Shown piece by piece: positions 42,574 to 58,513 of a DNA stretch of 64,000 bases. This DNA comes from Eledone cirrhosa (lineage: Eukaryota). The position numbers were made by a program, and so were the translations under genes. The notes below the pieces were generated by a model that searched no databases, was not told the origin of the DNA, and worked only from the letters and a program-made list of their open reading frames with translations. Each line of letters starts with the position of its first letter. The first letter of the stretch is position 1. The DNA is taken from the NCBI GenBank assembly GCA_964016885.1, contig OZ024748.1:22382001-22446000 (forward strand). The letters are read 5' to 3'.

Positions 42574-42609
42574 TCTTAACGTTTCGGACTCTAGTCCTTC
42601 ATCAGAAGA
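42574..42609 (-). ncRNA. Minimal hammerhead-like motif (family H8)
   Basis: Minus strand: tctt-CTGATGA-a-ggac-taga-gtcc-GAAACGTT-aaga, with palindromic AACGTT. Related plus-strand copy at 42973-43008. Confidence 0.7.
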
Positions 42610-42706
42610 TAGGATGAGAAATATCAGGAACGGAAAAGAAACGAGGAAAAAACCACACGTGCGTATTAAGTGAGCCATTTTGGAGATATATAATACATAC
42701 TTACTT

Positions 42707-42778
<72 letters not shown>

Positions 42779-43092
42779 CGTTGGACTTACGATCATAATG
42801 TCGTGGGTTCGATTCCTGGGTTGCTGAAAATAAGTACCAGCAATAGCTAGGGGTTTGACCCTGCGATGGACTGGCGTCCTGTCCGGGATAAGCACCGGCC
42901 AAATGAGCCTTTTTGCTTAAGACAGACTTTAGACTTCGCCCGTCCCCTCAATCTATTTTATTTCTCATTCTTTCTTCTGATGAAGGACTAGCGTCCGAAA
43001 CGTTGAGACCCTCTTCCTGCTATATCATGCGTTAACCTAATATATACCTTCCGTATACTATACCGATTATGTTGTTATTTCTGTTTACCTTT

Positions 43093-43723
<631 letters not shown>

Positions 43724-43724
43724 G

Positions 43725-43814
<90 letters not shown>

Positions 43815-44429
43815 TATATATATATTGAAGTTTGAATCAGAGGCAGATATAGGAGATGCTTGGTTCTGTATTTAGCATCTGTTGTCCAGCGGGTTGTGAA
43901 AGTCTTCTGAAAAGCCAGTGAGAATAGTGAATATCTCTTATAGACTGATGTTTAACTTGCAGCTATTGTACTCTAATTAAAGGATTTGGTTCATACTAAT
44001 GATTAGTTCACTGGGTCACGTTAACAGCTGTTCGCTTAAACAGGCAATCCAATTATTATTAGAATATAGGCAAATATTTACACTGAGGACAGATTTATTG
44101 AATAAACGTTGGATTTTGAATAAGGAAACATATGGGAATACTTCCCAAATTTCAGTACTTAATTGAAATTATTGTTTTTTAAATGCCAACAGAAGCTTTT
44201 TATCATTCCGAGGTTGCCGAGTGGTATTTTATATTTTTTATATTTTATGAAATAAACCTAAATTTTATTGACACAACCAAACATTCTCAGATAAATGGAT
44301 TTTTTATTTCTTTTTAGCTGTCAGGATTAGAGTATACTGGTGTCTCACCTTCTCTCAGAGACGACTATGTTATGTGATTGATGCTGTCTCATACACACTT
44401 ATACATGCATGTATACATGCATACATAAA

Positions 44430-44953
44430 TACATGATGGCTGCCCCCTCGATATCGAGTATGGCCATTGCACGTTATAGCATTATTAATAATTATTAATT
44501 AATTCTATCGTGCAATGCATGAAGATATTTTTTAAAGTGAGGAAAGACTGTGCATTGAGCCAATCCCACTCTCTGAACGACAGTAGCTGTAACCCGAAAA
44601 GAAGAAAAGATCAACATCATCAGTAACTTCTGAGCCGCAGGTTTTATATCGGAGTTATCCCAGTTTCCTGAGTTTCCTTCTCCTAGAAGAATGCTCTGAC
44701 AAAGGCTAGAGGTCCTTCACTCTCAGTGGTTTAACCATGCGGTACATGTGTATATACATATTTACACACTTTTGGATGGCCGTTGACTCTTATGAGTTCT
44801 ACCGCCCTTTTTCAGGTTTTGTTTTTTGTCCTGCAGGGTGTCCAAAATCACCCTCCTCACCAAGTAAACTTGGTGGGGTTGCCGGTTTAGTCGCCGACGA
44901 CCCGACCATGCGACAGGTTGTACTGGGTTACATGTTACCAGTAGCACTCAAGA
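44430..44953 (-). mobile_element. Non-coding retroposon with (ATGT)n tail, probably RTE-related
   Basis: ~380 bp shared in inverted orientation with 53337-53720. Ends gagggggcagccatc(atgt)n; internal ctaggagaaggaaactc and taaaacctgcg recall RTE 5' UTRs (from memory, unverified). Confidence 0.6.
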
Positions 44954-46293
44954 TTATGTTTTGCTCTAAAGTAGTAAATGTTTCTCTACGTTGCTTCACG
45001 TGGAATTGTTTTAGTGAAAGATGTGTTTTCTACAAAATGATTTTCCCTACTACAAGTGTAACAAACGTTTTAGAAACCTTATAAGAAACAATCAGGTTTC
45101 TGAACCATAGAGGAAAATTTGCACGAGAGCAAGAAAAATAATGGTTTTGACTTTTGATATAATGCCAGAAAATTTGGGAGAAGGGAATGATTGATTAAAT
45201 TAACTTTAATACTTGAATGGTACTTTATTTTATAGAACCTTGAAGGATAAAAAACAAAATGGACCACGTCGAGATTTGAATTCAGAACGTAAAGCGTCAG
45301 AACAAATACCACAGGGGCATTTTATCTGACGTTTTACCAATTCTGCCAACCTACCACCTTTCTCTACTAATTGTTCCAATCAAGATGTTGATAATAAAAA
45401 CATCGGCTTAAATCGATGTCCAAATATTGGTCAATTTGTAACAAAGTGGTATTCTTTCAGATACAAAAATATTTTTCTAAGCTCATTACATACGAATTGA
45501 GTATTAACAAATAAGGCTTTAATTTGTAATTGTGCCTTCCTCTGATAAAAAAGGATGATTATATTCAGCTTTTGGTATTTTAATTAGAGTTCCGCTTAGG
45601 GTAATTTGTAGATTTTGGGCATAAGTCAATTAGAATTACTGTCTTAGAGAAATTTGTAGATTTTGAGCATAAGTCAATTAGAGTTCTTCTTAGGGTAATT
45701 TGTAGATTTTGAGCATAAGTCAGAGAGAAATTTGTAGATCTGGGACATCTTTTAAGGAATTAACAAGTAGTGCTGTATCATAATTTATATAGTCTTCATG
45801 TATCTATAGTGTGAGTATTACTTTAAAGTAGAGAGAGTAAGAGAATTTAGCTAATGTAGTTATGTATGTGTGAATGTACATAAATACAGGCATATATGCA
45901 TGCATATGTACATACATACATATATACTTCCATGCATACGTATATACATGCATACATACAAACATATATACATACATATATACATACATACATGCAGACG
46001 TGCATACATGCATACATACGTACATACATACGGATATACATTTATGCATACATACAAATATACATATATATATATATATATACACAAATATACATATATA
46101 TATATATATATACAAATATAGATATATATATGGATACGTACGTACATACAATTATACATACATATATACATACATACGTACATACATACATATATATATA
46201 TATACATACATACGTGCATATATACATATATATTTATATATACACATATACATACATAAATACATACATACATACATACGTACATACATACAT

Positions 46294-46620
46294 AGGAGAA
46301 GGAGGACATCTACGGACCATTGATGAGGAGCTTACAAATCCAGTATCCAAGATACACCTTTAGCTTCATACCCATCATTATTGGTGCTACGGGTTATATA
46401 CCAACCCGCTTGGACCAAAGTATGACCGAACTTGGATTTGCGGACAAAAAGCGCAGCTCCCTAATTCATAGTCTACAAATGGCTGCGATAGCTGGCACCT
46501 TCAAAATATGCAAAACATTCTTGCGATTCAAGGGATGACAATTTCTTTTCTTTTACAACCTTGCCACCAGGAAGGTGGCCGGTCAAAAAAATATACTCGA
46601 AATTAAGAGAAAGAGAAAAC
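46294..46620 (+). mobile_element. 5'-truncated RLE-type non-LTR retrotransposon in (CATA)n
   Basis: Frame reads [33 protein letters not shown]...LQMAAIAGTFKICKTFL*, resembling the RLE C-terminus at 22201. 3' UTR hairpin gccacc/ggtggc; CATA repeats on both sides. Confidence 0.75.
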
Positions 46621-46964
46621 ATACATACATACATACATACATACATACATACATACATACATACATACATACATACATACATACATACATACATACATAC
46701 ATACATACATCTTTGAGCTAAATCATCTTTTCCGTACGGAAACAACAAATCAATCAGCCAATGATAAATGCTGTTCATCGATTTGAAAATATTTGTATAA
46801 GAAATGAGAGAGTTTATCAGAGATAAGGCCGGCTGTGGCTGTATATCACTTCATTGTGAAGATGAACGACTTCGTACGTACATGTGTTTCGGAATATCAC
46901 GTGCAACTTTGTATGTGTGAGTGTATACACACACGCATACACTCACACACACGCACATATATAT

Positions 46965-47052
<88 letters not shown>

Positions 47053-47153
47053 ACATACTCCTCCGTTTGTCTGTTTTGTTTTTTTTGTTTTCTGTTATTT
47101 CCGAACTATATATATATATATGCTTATGTGTGTGAATGTATGTGTGTGAGTGA

Positions 47154-47191
<38 letters not shown>

Positions 47192-47231
47192 GTGTGTGCG
47201 TGTGTGCGTGTGTGTGTGTGTGCGCGTGTGC

Positions 47232-47346
<115 letters not shown>

Positions 47347-47348
47347 CG

Positions 47349-47397
<49 letters not shown>

Positions 47398-47899
47398 GTG
47401 TGTGTCTCTGTGTGTGTGTAAGGATGTGTTGCAATAGTAAAGTGTGGAGTGGAATGGTTGAGATAGATAGAGGAAGGAATAATGGGAAGGAAGGAGGGAG
47501 AGGGACAGAGAGAGAAAGAGCTAGGGGGTGGGTGGGGTGAGAGGGGAGAGTTGATGAGAGAGTGAAAGAGGACATGTCTTCGTCTTGGATATAAAGAGGA
47601 AAAAAGAACAAAGAAACAAACCAAGGAAAACAATGGTGTGGTGGTGGTGGTGGTGGTGGTGGTGGTGGTGGTAGTGCTAATGTGATGGTGGTGGTATTGG
47701 GCGGAGGCGATGGCGGAGACCATGGCGGTGGTGGCGTTGGCGGCGGCGGCGGCGGTAGTGGTGGTGGTGGTTGTGGCGTTGATGGTGGTGGTGGTGGTGG
47801 TGTTGGTGGTGGCGGCGGCGGCGGTGGCGGTGGTGGCGGCGGCGGTGGTGGTTGTGGTTGTGGTGGTGATGGTGGGAGGATGAGTGAAGGTAGAAGGAG

Positions 47900-47961
<62 letters not shown>

Positions 47962-48477
47962 GTGAGGGAAGGGAAGAAGATGGGAGAATATATATTAAAA
48001 TGTACAAAAAAATAACAACTAAAAAAAAACACGAAAAATAATTTAAAAAAACAAAAAACATAAACAAAAGATAAGTAAAAAAAAAAAAAAGACTGAACAA
48101 ATAAAAATGTAGTGAAGGTAATGATAATTATATAGAAGACTGGGTTTCTTAATGCTTGTGTGAATGGAGTGAGGGAGATATAGATTTCTTACCTCCCGGC
48201 GCAACACAACTGGATAATTTTCTGACAGGCGCCAATAATGTTTATATGAGGAGCTAAAGTGATTCTAACCCTAATTTGATCTTTTTTTCTTTTCCTTTCT
48301 GAGGACACTTTATACTGCTGAGTGGATTACTGTGGCTATGTGGTCAGTTAGTGGTCAGCAAGGACTCTCAGTCGGCTTTTGTGTTGAAACACAATTCAAT
48401 TAATACACACTCGCTTCTATGGATCAGAATATGCTTTGATTCACATTATACATTTACACATATACAAACACACACAT

Positions 48478-48537
<60 letters not shown>

Positions 48538-48585
48538 ATATATATATATATATATATATATAAACAAAAATTTACACCTATATAT

Positions 48586-49558
<973 letters not shown>

Positions 49559-49591
49559 TATATATATACACCGTCATATATATATATATAA

Positions 49592-49875
49592 GTTACAGAT
49601 GTTAGCGTTGTTTTGAAAATTAGCTTTGTTTACAAACAGAGAAAATCTGGTCTCAGGAACCACAGTCGCAGCCATGTTCTGAGAGAACCAGTGAACTATG
49701 ATCTCCACGGTATTGTGAAGGTTCACAGACAACCTGATGCAAGACCTGAGGCCAGGGAGGTCCATAGTTGTCGTCAGTGTGTGAAGGAGTGCAAGTCTCT
49801 AACAGGCTTGACAAGCCATATCTGAGCGTCACACATCTGAATCTGACAAGCGATTGCAATACTCTTAGCGTCTAT
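49592..49875 (+). mobile_element. Degenerate RTE-like LINE 3' fragment with (TATG)n tail
   Basis: Encodes SGLRNHSRSH and CRQCVKECKSLTGLTSHI, resembling C-terminal C2H2-like motifs of RTE-type ORFs. Confidence 0.55.
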
Positions 49876-50351
49876 GTATGTAAATATGTTTGCATGTATG
49901 TAAGTATGCATGTATCTATGTTTTTTATGTATGTATGCGTGTATGTATGTATGTATATTTGTATGTATGTATGTATGTGTGCATGTATGTTCTTCTGGTT
50001 TTATAATTTTATAAATTTTTACCAGTAGAGAGTCGGTTTCTAACATAGAACTTAAGGTTGTGAATTCTATTCCCGGCATTGTACAGATACAATTAGTTGT
50101 ATCTGTATTTCAAAGAGCCAGCCTTTCCACACACCGTATCACGCTCAAACATTTCTGAGAACTACGTTAAGGCTAAACGTGTTCATGGAATGCTCAGCCA
50201 CTTACACGTAAATTTTATGAACAGGCTGTTCCGTTGTTCAAGCAATTAGAACATTCATTGTCGGAATTGTCGGAGGTCCATAACATTTAGTTTTATAGAC
50301 ACGCAAGTGGAAATATGAATTACTATACATGTGTTTCTCCCCCCCCCCCCT

Positions 50352-50419
<68 letters not shown>

Positions 50420-50469
50420 CTCTCACAGTTATATAGGCACGCAAGGGGAAATATTAATTACTATACATG

Positions 50470-50511
<42 letters not shown>

Positions 50512-50512
50512 C

Positions 50513-50604
<92 letters not shown>

Positions 50605-52417
50605 TCTCACACGCATATAAAAGTTTATTTATAACTTTATTTACATTTTTCCATATAAGCGCATAAGCTGTGTGTTAATAGCTCTATAATGCATGCACCA
50701 ATATACATATCTATGCGACATGTGGCTGTTGTGGTGTGTATGTATTGTGTGTGAATGTATGCTTGTCGTTTCACATTACTCTTCTTTTATTGTTCATAAC
50801 GGTTTTATATATTTAAGTGCAGGGCCTGCTGTAAAGATGCATAAAACTAGAATTTGTCGTGGTCATAAAATGACAGATTGGCATTTTGAATTAGATAATT
50901 ACGTATGCATATTTCAGACAATGCTAATAAACATGTAAAAAGAAATGCAGATAGGTATATCAGACAAACAATACACACAGTACGCATATATGCAAAGATA
51001 GATACATAATTATACAAAGGAGATAGATATATAGACTGATGGATCAAAGGCAGACAGTAGGGCATAACAGATAGTTTTGACAAACGAATAGACAAATGCC
51101 TATTCAGTTGACAACATTCACATGATTTCCTGGTCTGTATAGGATATACAGGGCCAGCCATAATTAGCTTACTAGCTTACTGTTAAGGAATGCGAATATA
51201 AAAATAAACCATAGTGATATTAAACATTATTCTAAACTTAATATATAGTTAATTCATGTACATTTATATGAGTGTATTACATAATCGAAATACTGTTCGT
51301 TTGCAAGAATGCCACAAACCCACACCCCAGGCCACAGCAACACAGTCTCATCATTCTGTCTATTCTACCCTATCAACACTAACCCTTATCCCCCGAAATT
51401 ACCAAGCTGTAAACCAGCTCTACCCTAATCCATTCGACGCTAACGTCTATATGTTGGAGCTTTATGTCCAATACTTTATCTCAAGAGGATCAACTCTCTG
51501 AAATTTCTTTCACGCAGACGATTTTTTTGCAGACGTTCATTTATACAGACGATATTTAAGCAGAATATAAGTTGTATCAATCTCACAAATTTTTGAAGGC
51601 CTACAAACATTATGCTTACTGTCTCACACTCCTCTTAAACCTTTAAATGAAGTACAAACGATTGATAAAATATACATAATACAGAATGCCAAATATTATA
51701 CTATTAATTATAATCGTGACATTAAAAATCAGAAATTTAATGTTAATGTTAAACAATAAAAGGGTGGTGGATTGGTAGAATTGGTAGAGCGTCAAATAAA
51801 ATGCCATTGTGGTATTTGTTCTGACTCTTTACATTCTGAGTTCAAATCCCGCCGAGGTCAACTTTGTATTTCATCCTTCCGGAGTCGATAAAATAAAGTA
51901 GCAGTCAGTACTGGAGTTGACAATCAATTTTGCTCTTCCCTCAAGTTTACATGCCTTCTGCCTAATTTAGACATTAATATTTAACAACACTTAAAACGTT
52001 ATGAGAAGCGCCGAAACACATTTAGAGAAGAGATGAGCAGGAGATGTGGGGTGGGGCTGCATAAATTAAATAACTTCTGAAAGACAAGACACTTCTGACA
52101 ATTGTTGATTTTAACTTCTGGTAAATGTCTAAGTGACTTTTAATAAGGTTTATTTTTCATGTGCTTTTTAATGTAAATATGGAAATTATAATATCTATGT
52201 GTAGAAATTTGTATCTGATAGTTCTGTCTGTGTGTAGGAGTGTATAATTGGCAAAGTTGTTAGAACATCGGAGAAAAGACTTTGTGGCCTTCTTTCTGGT
52301 CCTTTGCACACTGAATTCAAATCCTGCCAAGGTCAACTTCACCCTTTTTTACTTCGAGGTCGATTAATAAGGTACCCCCACTTCAATACTAAAGTCTTTT
52401 CTTTCTCTATCTCTTAA

Positions 52418-52637
52418 CCCTTTAGCATTTAAACCGGCCATATCTGGCCAGAATATCTCACTTCCTTCTGCTCAAACTGGCTGCAACCGGCTGCTCTTAC
52501 TAATGTTAAGGTAATGTTCTCAAAATAAATAATATCAAAATCTCATAGCTTCGATATTATGTGAGATAATTGTATGAGGTAAAGTCTTTACTACGAAAAT
52601 ACAATAGTAAATATAGAGTAATGTAAATGCTAAAGGG
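52418..52637. mobile_element. piggyBac-like MITE
   Basis: TTAA|ccctttagcattta ... taaatgctaaaggg|TTAA: perfect 14-bp TIR. Confidence 0.88.
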
Positions 52638-52656
52638 TTAAACATTACTTCATCTA

Positions 52657-52845
52657 TAATTGTTTCTACTTTTGGCACAAGGCCAGCAATTACCCAGTGT
52701 ATTACTGGTACTTTATTTTATCAACCCCATAAGGATGAAAGGCAAAGTTAACCTCGGCGGGATTTGAACTCAGAATGGAAAGGGTCGTAACTCTATGCGT
52801 CAAAGCATGGCGTCCGACCCTCTACCGATACTGCCAATCCACCGT
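52657..52845 (-). mobile_element. Full-length S1 SINE
   Basis: Reverse complement of the reference copy; TSD cttcatctataa. Confidence 0.9.
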
Positions 52846-53214
52846 CCATCTTCATGCTTCATCTATAACATAAGGTATACCTTTTTAATAAATATGCTAT
52901 TTTAGCCTCGTTATAGCCAAGATATAAAGCAGCTTCTCTATCAGGACAAACAAGTGGGATTGATTCTATTAGCTTCACGAGAAAAACAGAATAAGAATAG
53001 ACATATTCTGTTTTACTTCAATTTGATTTTAAACAGTGAAACTAAAGTTTTTATTTATATACCTTACATTACATTTCTAATTTTTTATTATAAAAAGAAG
53101 CACCATGTACTGTACTATTAATTAACTTTATTTTATCTAATATTTTAAAATGTATATAATTACATAATAATAATAATATATATATATTTATTATATATTT
53201 TATATATATATTTG

Positions 53215-53284
<70 letters not shown>

Positions 53285-53336
53285 TAATAGAAGTTAGTGG
53301 TTCACCACTGGATAGAACTAGTCATATATATATATA

Positions 53337-53720
53337 AGGGCGGAAGAACTCATAAGAGTCAATGGCTATCCAAAAGTGTGTAAATATGTATATACACATG
53401 TACCGCGCGGTTAAACCACTGGGAGTGAAGGACCCCTAGCCTTTCTCAGGGCATTCTTCTAGGAGAAGGAAACTCAGAAAACTGGGATAACTCCGATATA
53501 AAACCTGCGGCTAGGTAGTTACCGATGATGTTGATCTTTTCTTCTTTTCGGGTTATAGCTACTGTCGCTCAGAGAGTGGGATTGGCTCAGTGCACAGTCT
53601 TTCCTCACTTTAAAAAATATCTTCACGCACAGGCATTGCACGATAGAATTAATTAATAATTATTAATAATGGTATATCGTGCAATGACCATACTCGATAA
53701 CGAGGGGGCAGCCATCATGT
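53337..53720 (+). mobile_element. Second copy of the (ATGT)n-tailed non-coding retroposon
   Basis: Reverse complement of ~44430-44810. Confidence 0.7.
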
Positions 53721-54810
53721 GTGTGTATGTATATGCGTATGTATGAATGTATGTATGTATGTATGTATATTAACATATATATATATTTAAAATTCATTAA
53801 TCTTTAAATGTCTGAGACAAGTTGCTGCTAATTAGAATATAATTGTTCGGTCAATGAACCAAGTCTTTAGAGTTAGAGATGAACATTTTATATTATATTT
53901 GTAGTTTATTGAAAAAATATTTAGGTGAATGATCTAAAAATTATAATCTTATTAATTTATTGTTTTTTAAATTATATGTTTAATTTATTTTATTTTTCTA
54001 GTAAAGACTAAAAGAATATTGACTGTTATGTAACGGACCGAGTAAAAACTGTAAGTTCCATTATGCAATTTCTCGGCTTTGATGACTGACCTAAATGATT
54101 TAATTTCGCAACTAATTTAGATAAATAGGAACAAATCATTTGAATTATTAAAAGAAGGGTTATTCGTAATATGAAAGTAATTAAATAATAATAATTGCAA
54201 ATGGTTTCGTTATTAGAGTGCTGGCACACTGACAGATCGCTTTTTCTATTACAGGCACTAAGCTGTTTTCCGTAACGGCGCCTGGGTTAGAGGATGTTCG
54301 TTTCACGTTCGTAAAGTCGTGAGTTCGATTCCAAGCCCGCGCTGAGCGTTATGTCCTTGAGAACGCCCCTTTATTTTGCGTTGCTCCAATCAAACTACCA
54401 ACATTACCACAGGTTGTGTCACACTGAGTTGCCCCAGGAGAACGAAATATGCTAAGAGTGCACGTGTCTGTTTAGGTCAATTGGAAACACTCACTTTTGG
54501 GAATGACGGGTTCAAACGCTATTTTCCAGACATAACATGTATGATTTAAAAATGAACCTCTGGTGCATCATATACATAAAGCGGCCATGTGAATATTTAT
54601 TTGCTGCAATTTTATCAACATCTCCTACCAAACATATCCTGTGCCAGCGATAGGAAGAATTATTAATTTCACGGTAAAAACATTTATAATAAACTTTGTA
54701 TTGCAGAACTAGAAGCATGTTTTTGTGTATTTATTTTTTGCTTATTATTTACCCGACTGCAAGAAATTGAGCATGCCAGAAACTCAACCAATCTCTCAAT
54801 ATTATTTCAT

Positions 54811-55261
54811 TGGTGGGGAAATGGCAGTATCGGTAGAGGGTCGGACGCCATGCTTTGACGCACAGTTACGTCCCTTTATGGACTGCGTTCAAATCCCGCC
54901 GAGGTTGACTTTGCCTTTCATCCTTACGGGGTCGATAAAATAAAGTACCAGTAATGCACTGGGTTATTGCTGGCCTTGTGCCTAAAGTAGAAACAATTAT
55001 TTCATTGGTGGATTGGCAGTATCGGTAGAGGGTCGGACGCCATGCTTTGCAGCATAGTTACGTCCCTTTACGACCTGAGTTCAAATCCCGCCGAGGTTGA
55101 CTTTGCCTTTCATCCTTACGGGGTCGATAAAATAAAGTACCAGTAATGCACTGGGTAATTGCTGGCCTTGTGCCTAAAGTAGAAACAATTATAATTAAAG
55201 GTACTACTTCAGAGCTGATGATACACAAACACACATGTACACGTACACACACAATACACAC

Positions 55262-55317
<56 letters not shown>

Positions 55318-55570
55318 TAGAACATTATAATAACATAATAATTGTTTCTACTTTAGGCACAAGGCCAGCAATTACCCAGTGCATTACTGGTACTTTATTT
55401 TATCGACCCCGTAAGGATGAAAGGCAAAGTTATAATAACATAATAATAACATTCGATTCGTTTGCATATTTGCAAACGAATCGAATGTTATTATGGGGTC
55501 GATAAAATAAAGTACCAGTAATACACTGGGTTATTTGCTGCCCTTGAGCCTAACGTAGAAACAATTATTA
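54811..55570. mobile_element. S1 SINE cluster: two tandem plus copies (~54811-55000, ~55006-55192) and a head-to-head truncated pair (~55338-55430 minus, ~55495-55570 plus)
   Basis: Matches to the reference copy; 24-bp perfect hairpin between the truncated pair. Confidence 0.88.
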
Positions 55571-55592
55571 ATATTCGAAAAACTCAGATTAC

Positions 55593-55623
<31 letters not shown>

Positions 55624-55624
55624 C

Positions 55625-55657
<33 letters not shown>

Positions 55658-55762
55658 TACATATAAACATACATACACATATATACATATACACACACAT
55701 ATATATATATATATATTATAGATAGATAGACAGATACATAGATAGATGTAGATATATACATG

Positions 55763-55832
<70 letters not shown>

Positions 55833-55956
55833 TGGACGTATGTATATGTATTAGTCACCTATCACACAGTGAAAACTAGTTTTGACTCTGCTTAATTTCG
55901 AATATCTGACAATATCACCGACGTTTCCATCAGCAAAGAGGTCGAAATGTGTATCT

Positions 55957-56004
<48 letters not shown>

Positions 56005-56009
56005 GTGTG

Positions 56010-56052
<43 letters not shown>

Positions 56053-56161
56053 GTGTAGATGAAATACGCTCAGATTCGCCACCACATATATTTGTATTTA
56101 TGTGTGCATTTAATAATCTATATACACATATACACACACAGACAAGCTTTTATATATATAT

Positions 56162-56218
<57 letters not shown>

Positions 56219-56365
56219 GAAGCTGTGATGTTCCTTTCAGACGAGATAAGACCCAAGACATCCACCCTCTCCTGTAGTTCCAGCCCAAAAGTAATTATGA
56301 TTTTATCTCAATAGAAGAAATTGAGGTAAGTGAAGACATCTTGCCTTCTTTAGTATCGCCTCTCC

Positions 56366-58060
56366 TGGTAATGGTGGTTGTACTGCTGCTTATGGTGGTG
56401 GTGGTGGTGTTGATGGTGGTGGTGGTTGTACTGCTGCTTATGATGATGGTGGTGGTGGTGTTGGTGGTGGTGGTGGTTGTACTGCTGCTTATGATGATGG
56501 TGGTGGTGGTGGTGGTGTTGATGGTGGTGGTGGTTGTACTGCTGCTTATGGTGATGGTGGTGGTGTTGATGGTGGTGGTGGTTGTACTGCTGCTTATGGT
56601 GGTGGTGGTGGTGTTGATGGTGGTGGTGGTTGTACTGCTGCTTATGATGATGGTGGTGGTGGTGGTGTTGATGGTGGTGGTGGTTGTACTGCTGCTTATG
56701 GTGATGGTGGTGGTGTTGATGGTGGTGGTGGTTGTACTGCTGCTTATGGTGGTGGTGGTGGTGGTGGTGTTGATGGTGGTGGTGGTTGTACTGCTGCTTA
56801 TGGTGATGGTGGTGGTGTTGATGGTGGTGGTGTTGATGGTGGTGGTGGTTGTACTGCTGCTTATGATGATGGTGGTGGTGTTGATGGTGGTGGTGTTGAT
56901 GGTGGTGATGGTGGTGATGGTGGTGATGGTGGTGATGGTGGCCGTCCTGCTGCTTATGGTGGTGGTGGTGGTGGTGTTGATGGTGGTGGTGGTTGTACTG
57001 CTGCTTATGATGATGGTGGTGGGGGTGATGGTGGTGGGGGTGATGGTGGTGGTGGCTGTACTGCTGCTTATGATGATGGTGGTGGTGGTGTTGGTGGTGG
57101 TGGTGGTGGTTGTACTGCTGCTTATGGTGATGGTGGTGGTGTTGATGGTGGTGGTGGTTGTACTGCTGCTTATGGTGGTGGTGGTGGTGTTGATGGTGGT
57201 GGTGGTGATGGTGGTGGTGGTGATGGTGGTGATGGTGGCCGTACTGCTGCTTACGGTGGTGGTGGTGGTTGTACTGCCGCTTATGATGATGGTGGTGGTG
57301 ATGGTGGTGATGGTGGCCGTACTGCTGCTTATGGTGGTGGTGGTGGTGGTGGTTGTACTGCTGCTTATGATGATGGTGATGGTGATGGTGGTGATGTTGC
57401 TTACGGTGGTGGTGGTGGTGTTGATGGTGGTGGTGGTGGCCGTACTGCTGCTTATGGTGGTGGTGGTGGTGGTGTTGATGGTGGTGGTGGTTGTACTGCT
57501 GCTTATGATGATGGTGGGGGTGTTGATGGTGGTGGTGGCTGTACTGCTGCTTATGATGATGGTGGTGGTGATGATGGTGGTGGTGATGATGGTGGTGGTG
57601 GTTGTACTGCTGCTTATGATGATGGTGGTGGTGTTGATGGTGGTGGTGTTGATGGTGGTGGTGGTTGTACTGCTGCTTATGATGATGGTGGTGGTGATGG
57701 TGGTGATGGTGGCCGTACTGCTGCTTATGGTGGTGGTGGTGGTGATGATGGTGGTGGTGATGGTGGTGATGGTGGTGATGGTGACCGTACTGCTAGTTAT
57801 GGTGGTGGTGGTGGTGTTGATGGTGGTGGTGGTTGTACTGCTGCTTATGATGATGGTGGGGGTGATGGTGGTGATGGTGGCCGTACTGCTGCTTATGGTG
57901 GTGGTGGTGGTGTTGATGGTGATGGTGGCCGTACTGCTGCTTACGGTGTTGGTGTTGATTGTAGTGCTCCTTATGATGATGATGATGATGGTGGTGGTGA
58001 TGATAATGATGGTGATGGTGATGATGGTGGTTGTACTGTTTATGATGATGATGATGATGA
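56366..58060. repeat. Triplet-phased minisatellite (ggt)n-gttgtactgctgcttatg
   Basis: The core gtactgctgcttatg recurs about 30 times with variable ggt/gat spacers. Confidence 0.9.
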
Positions 58061-58223
58061 GCAGAAGGAGGAGGAGGAGGAGAGGAGGAGGGGGGAGGGG
58101 GGGGGGGGGGGGGGGGGGTTGTCCTTCATAATCATCATAATTGTAAGTTTCTTCAGTGGTGGTGGTGGTGTGTTGGTGGTGGTGGTGTGTTGGTGGTGGT
58201 GATAATGATGGTGGCAATGAGGA

Positions 58224-58263
<40 letters not shown>

Positions 58264-58309
58264 GGTGGTGGTGGTGGTGGTGGTGGTGGTGGTGGTGGTG
58301 GTGGTGGTG

Positions 58310-58460
<151 letters not shown>

Positions 58461-58476
58461 GGTGGTGGTGGTAGTG

Positions 58477-58513
<37 letters not shown>

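Noticed and set aside
56241-56325. Exon-like segment with tttcag acceptor and gtaagt donor
   Set aside because: All three frames contain stop codons; there is no support for coding, and a non-coding exon cannot be assessed.
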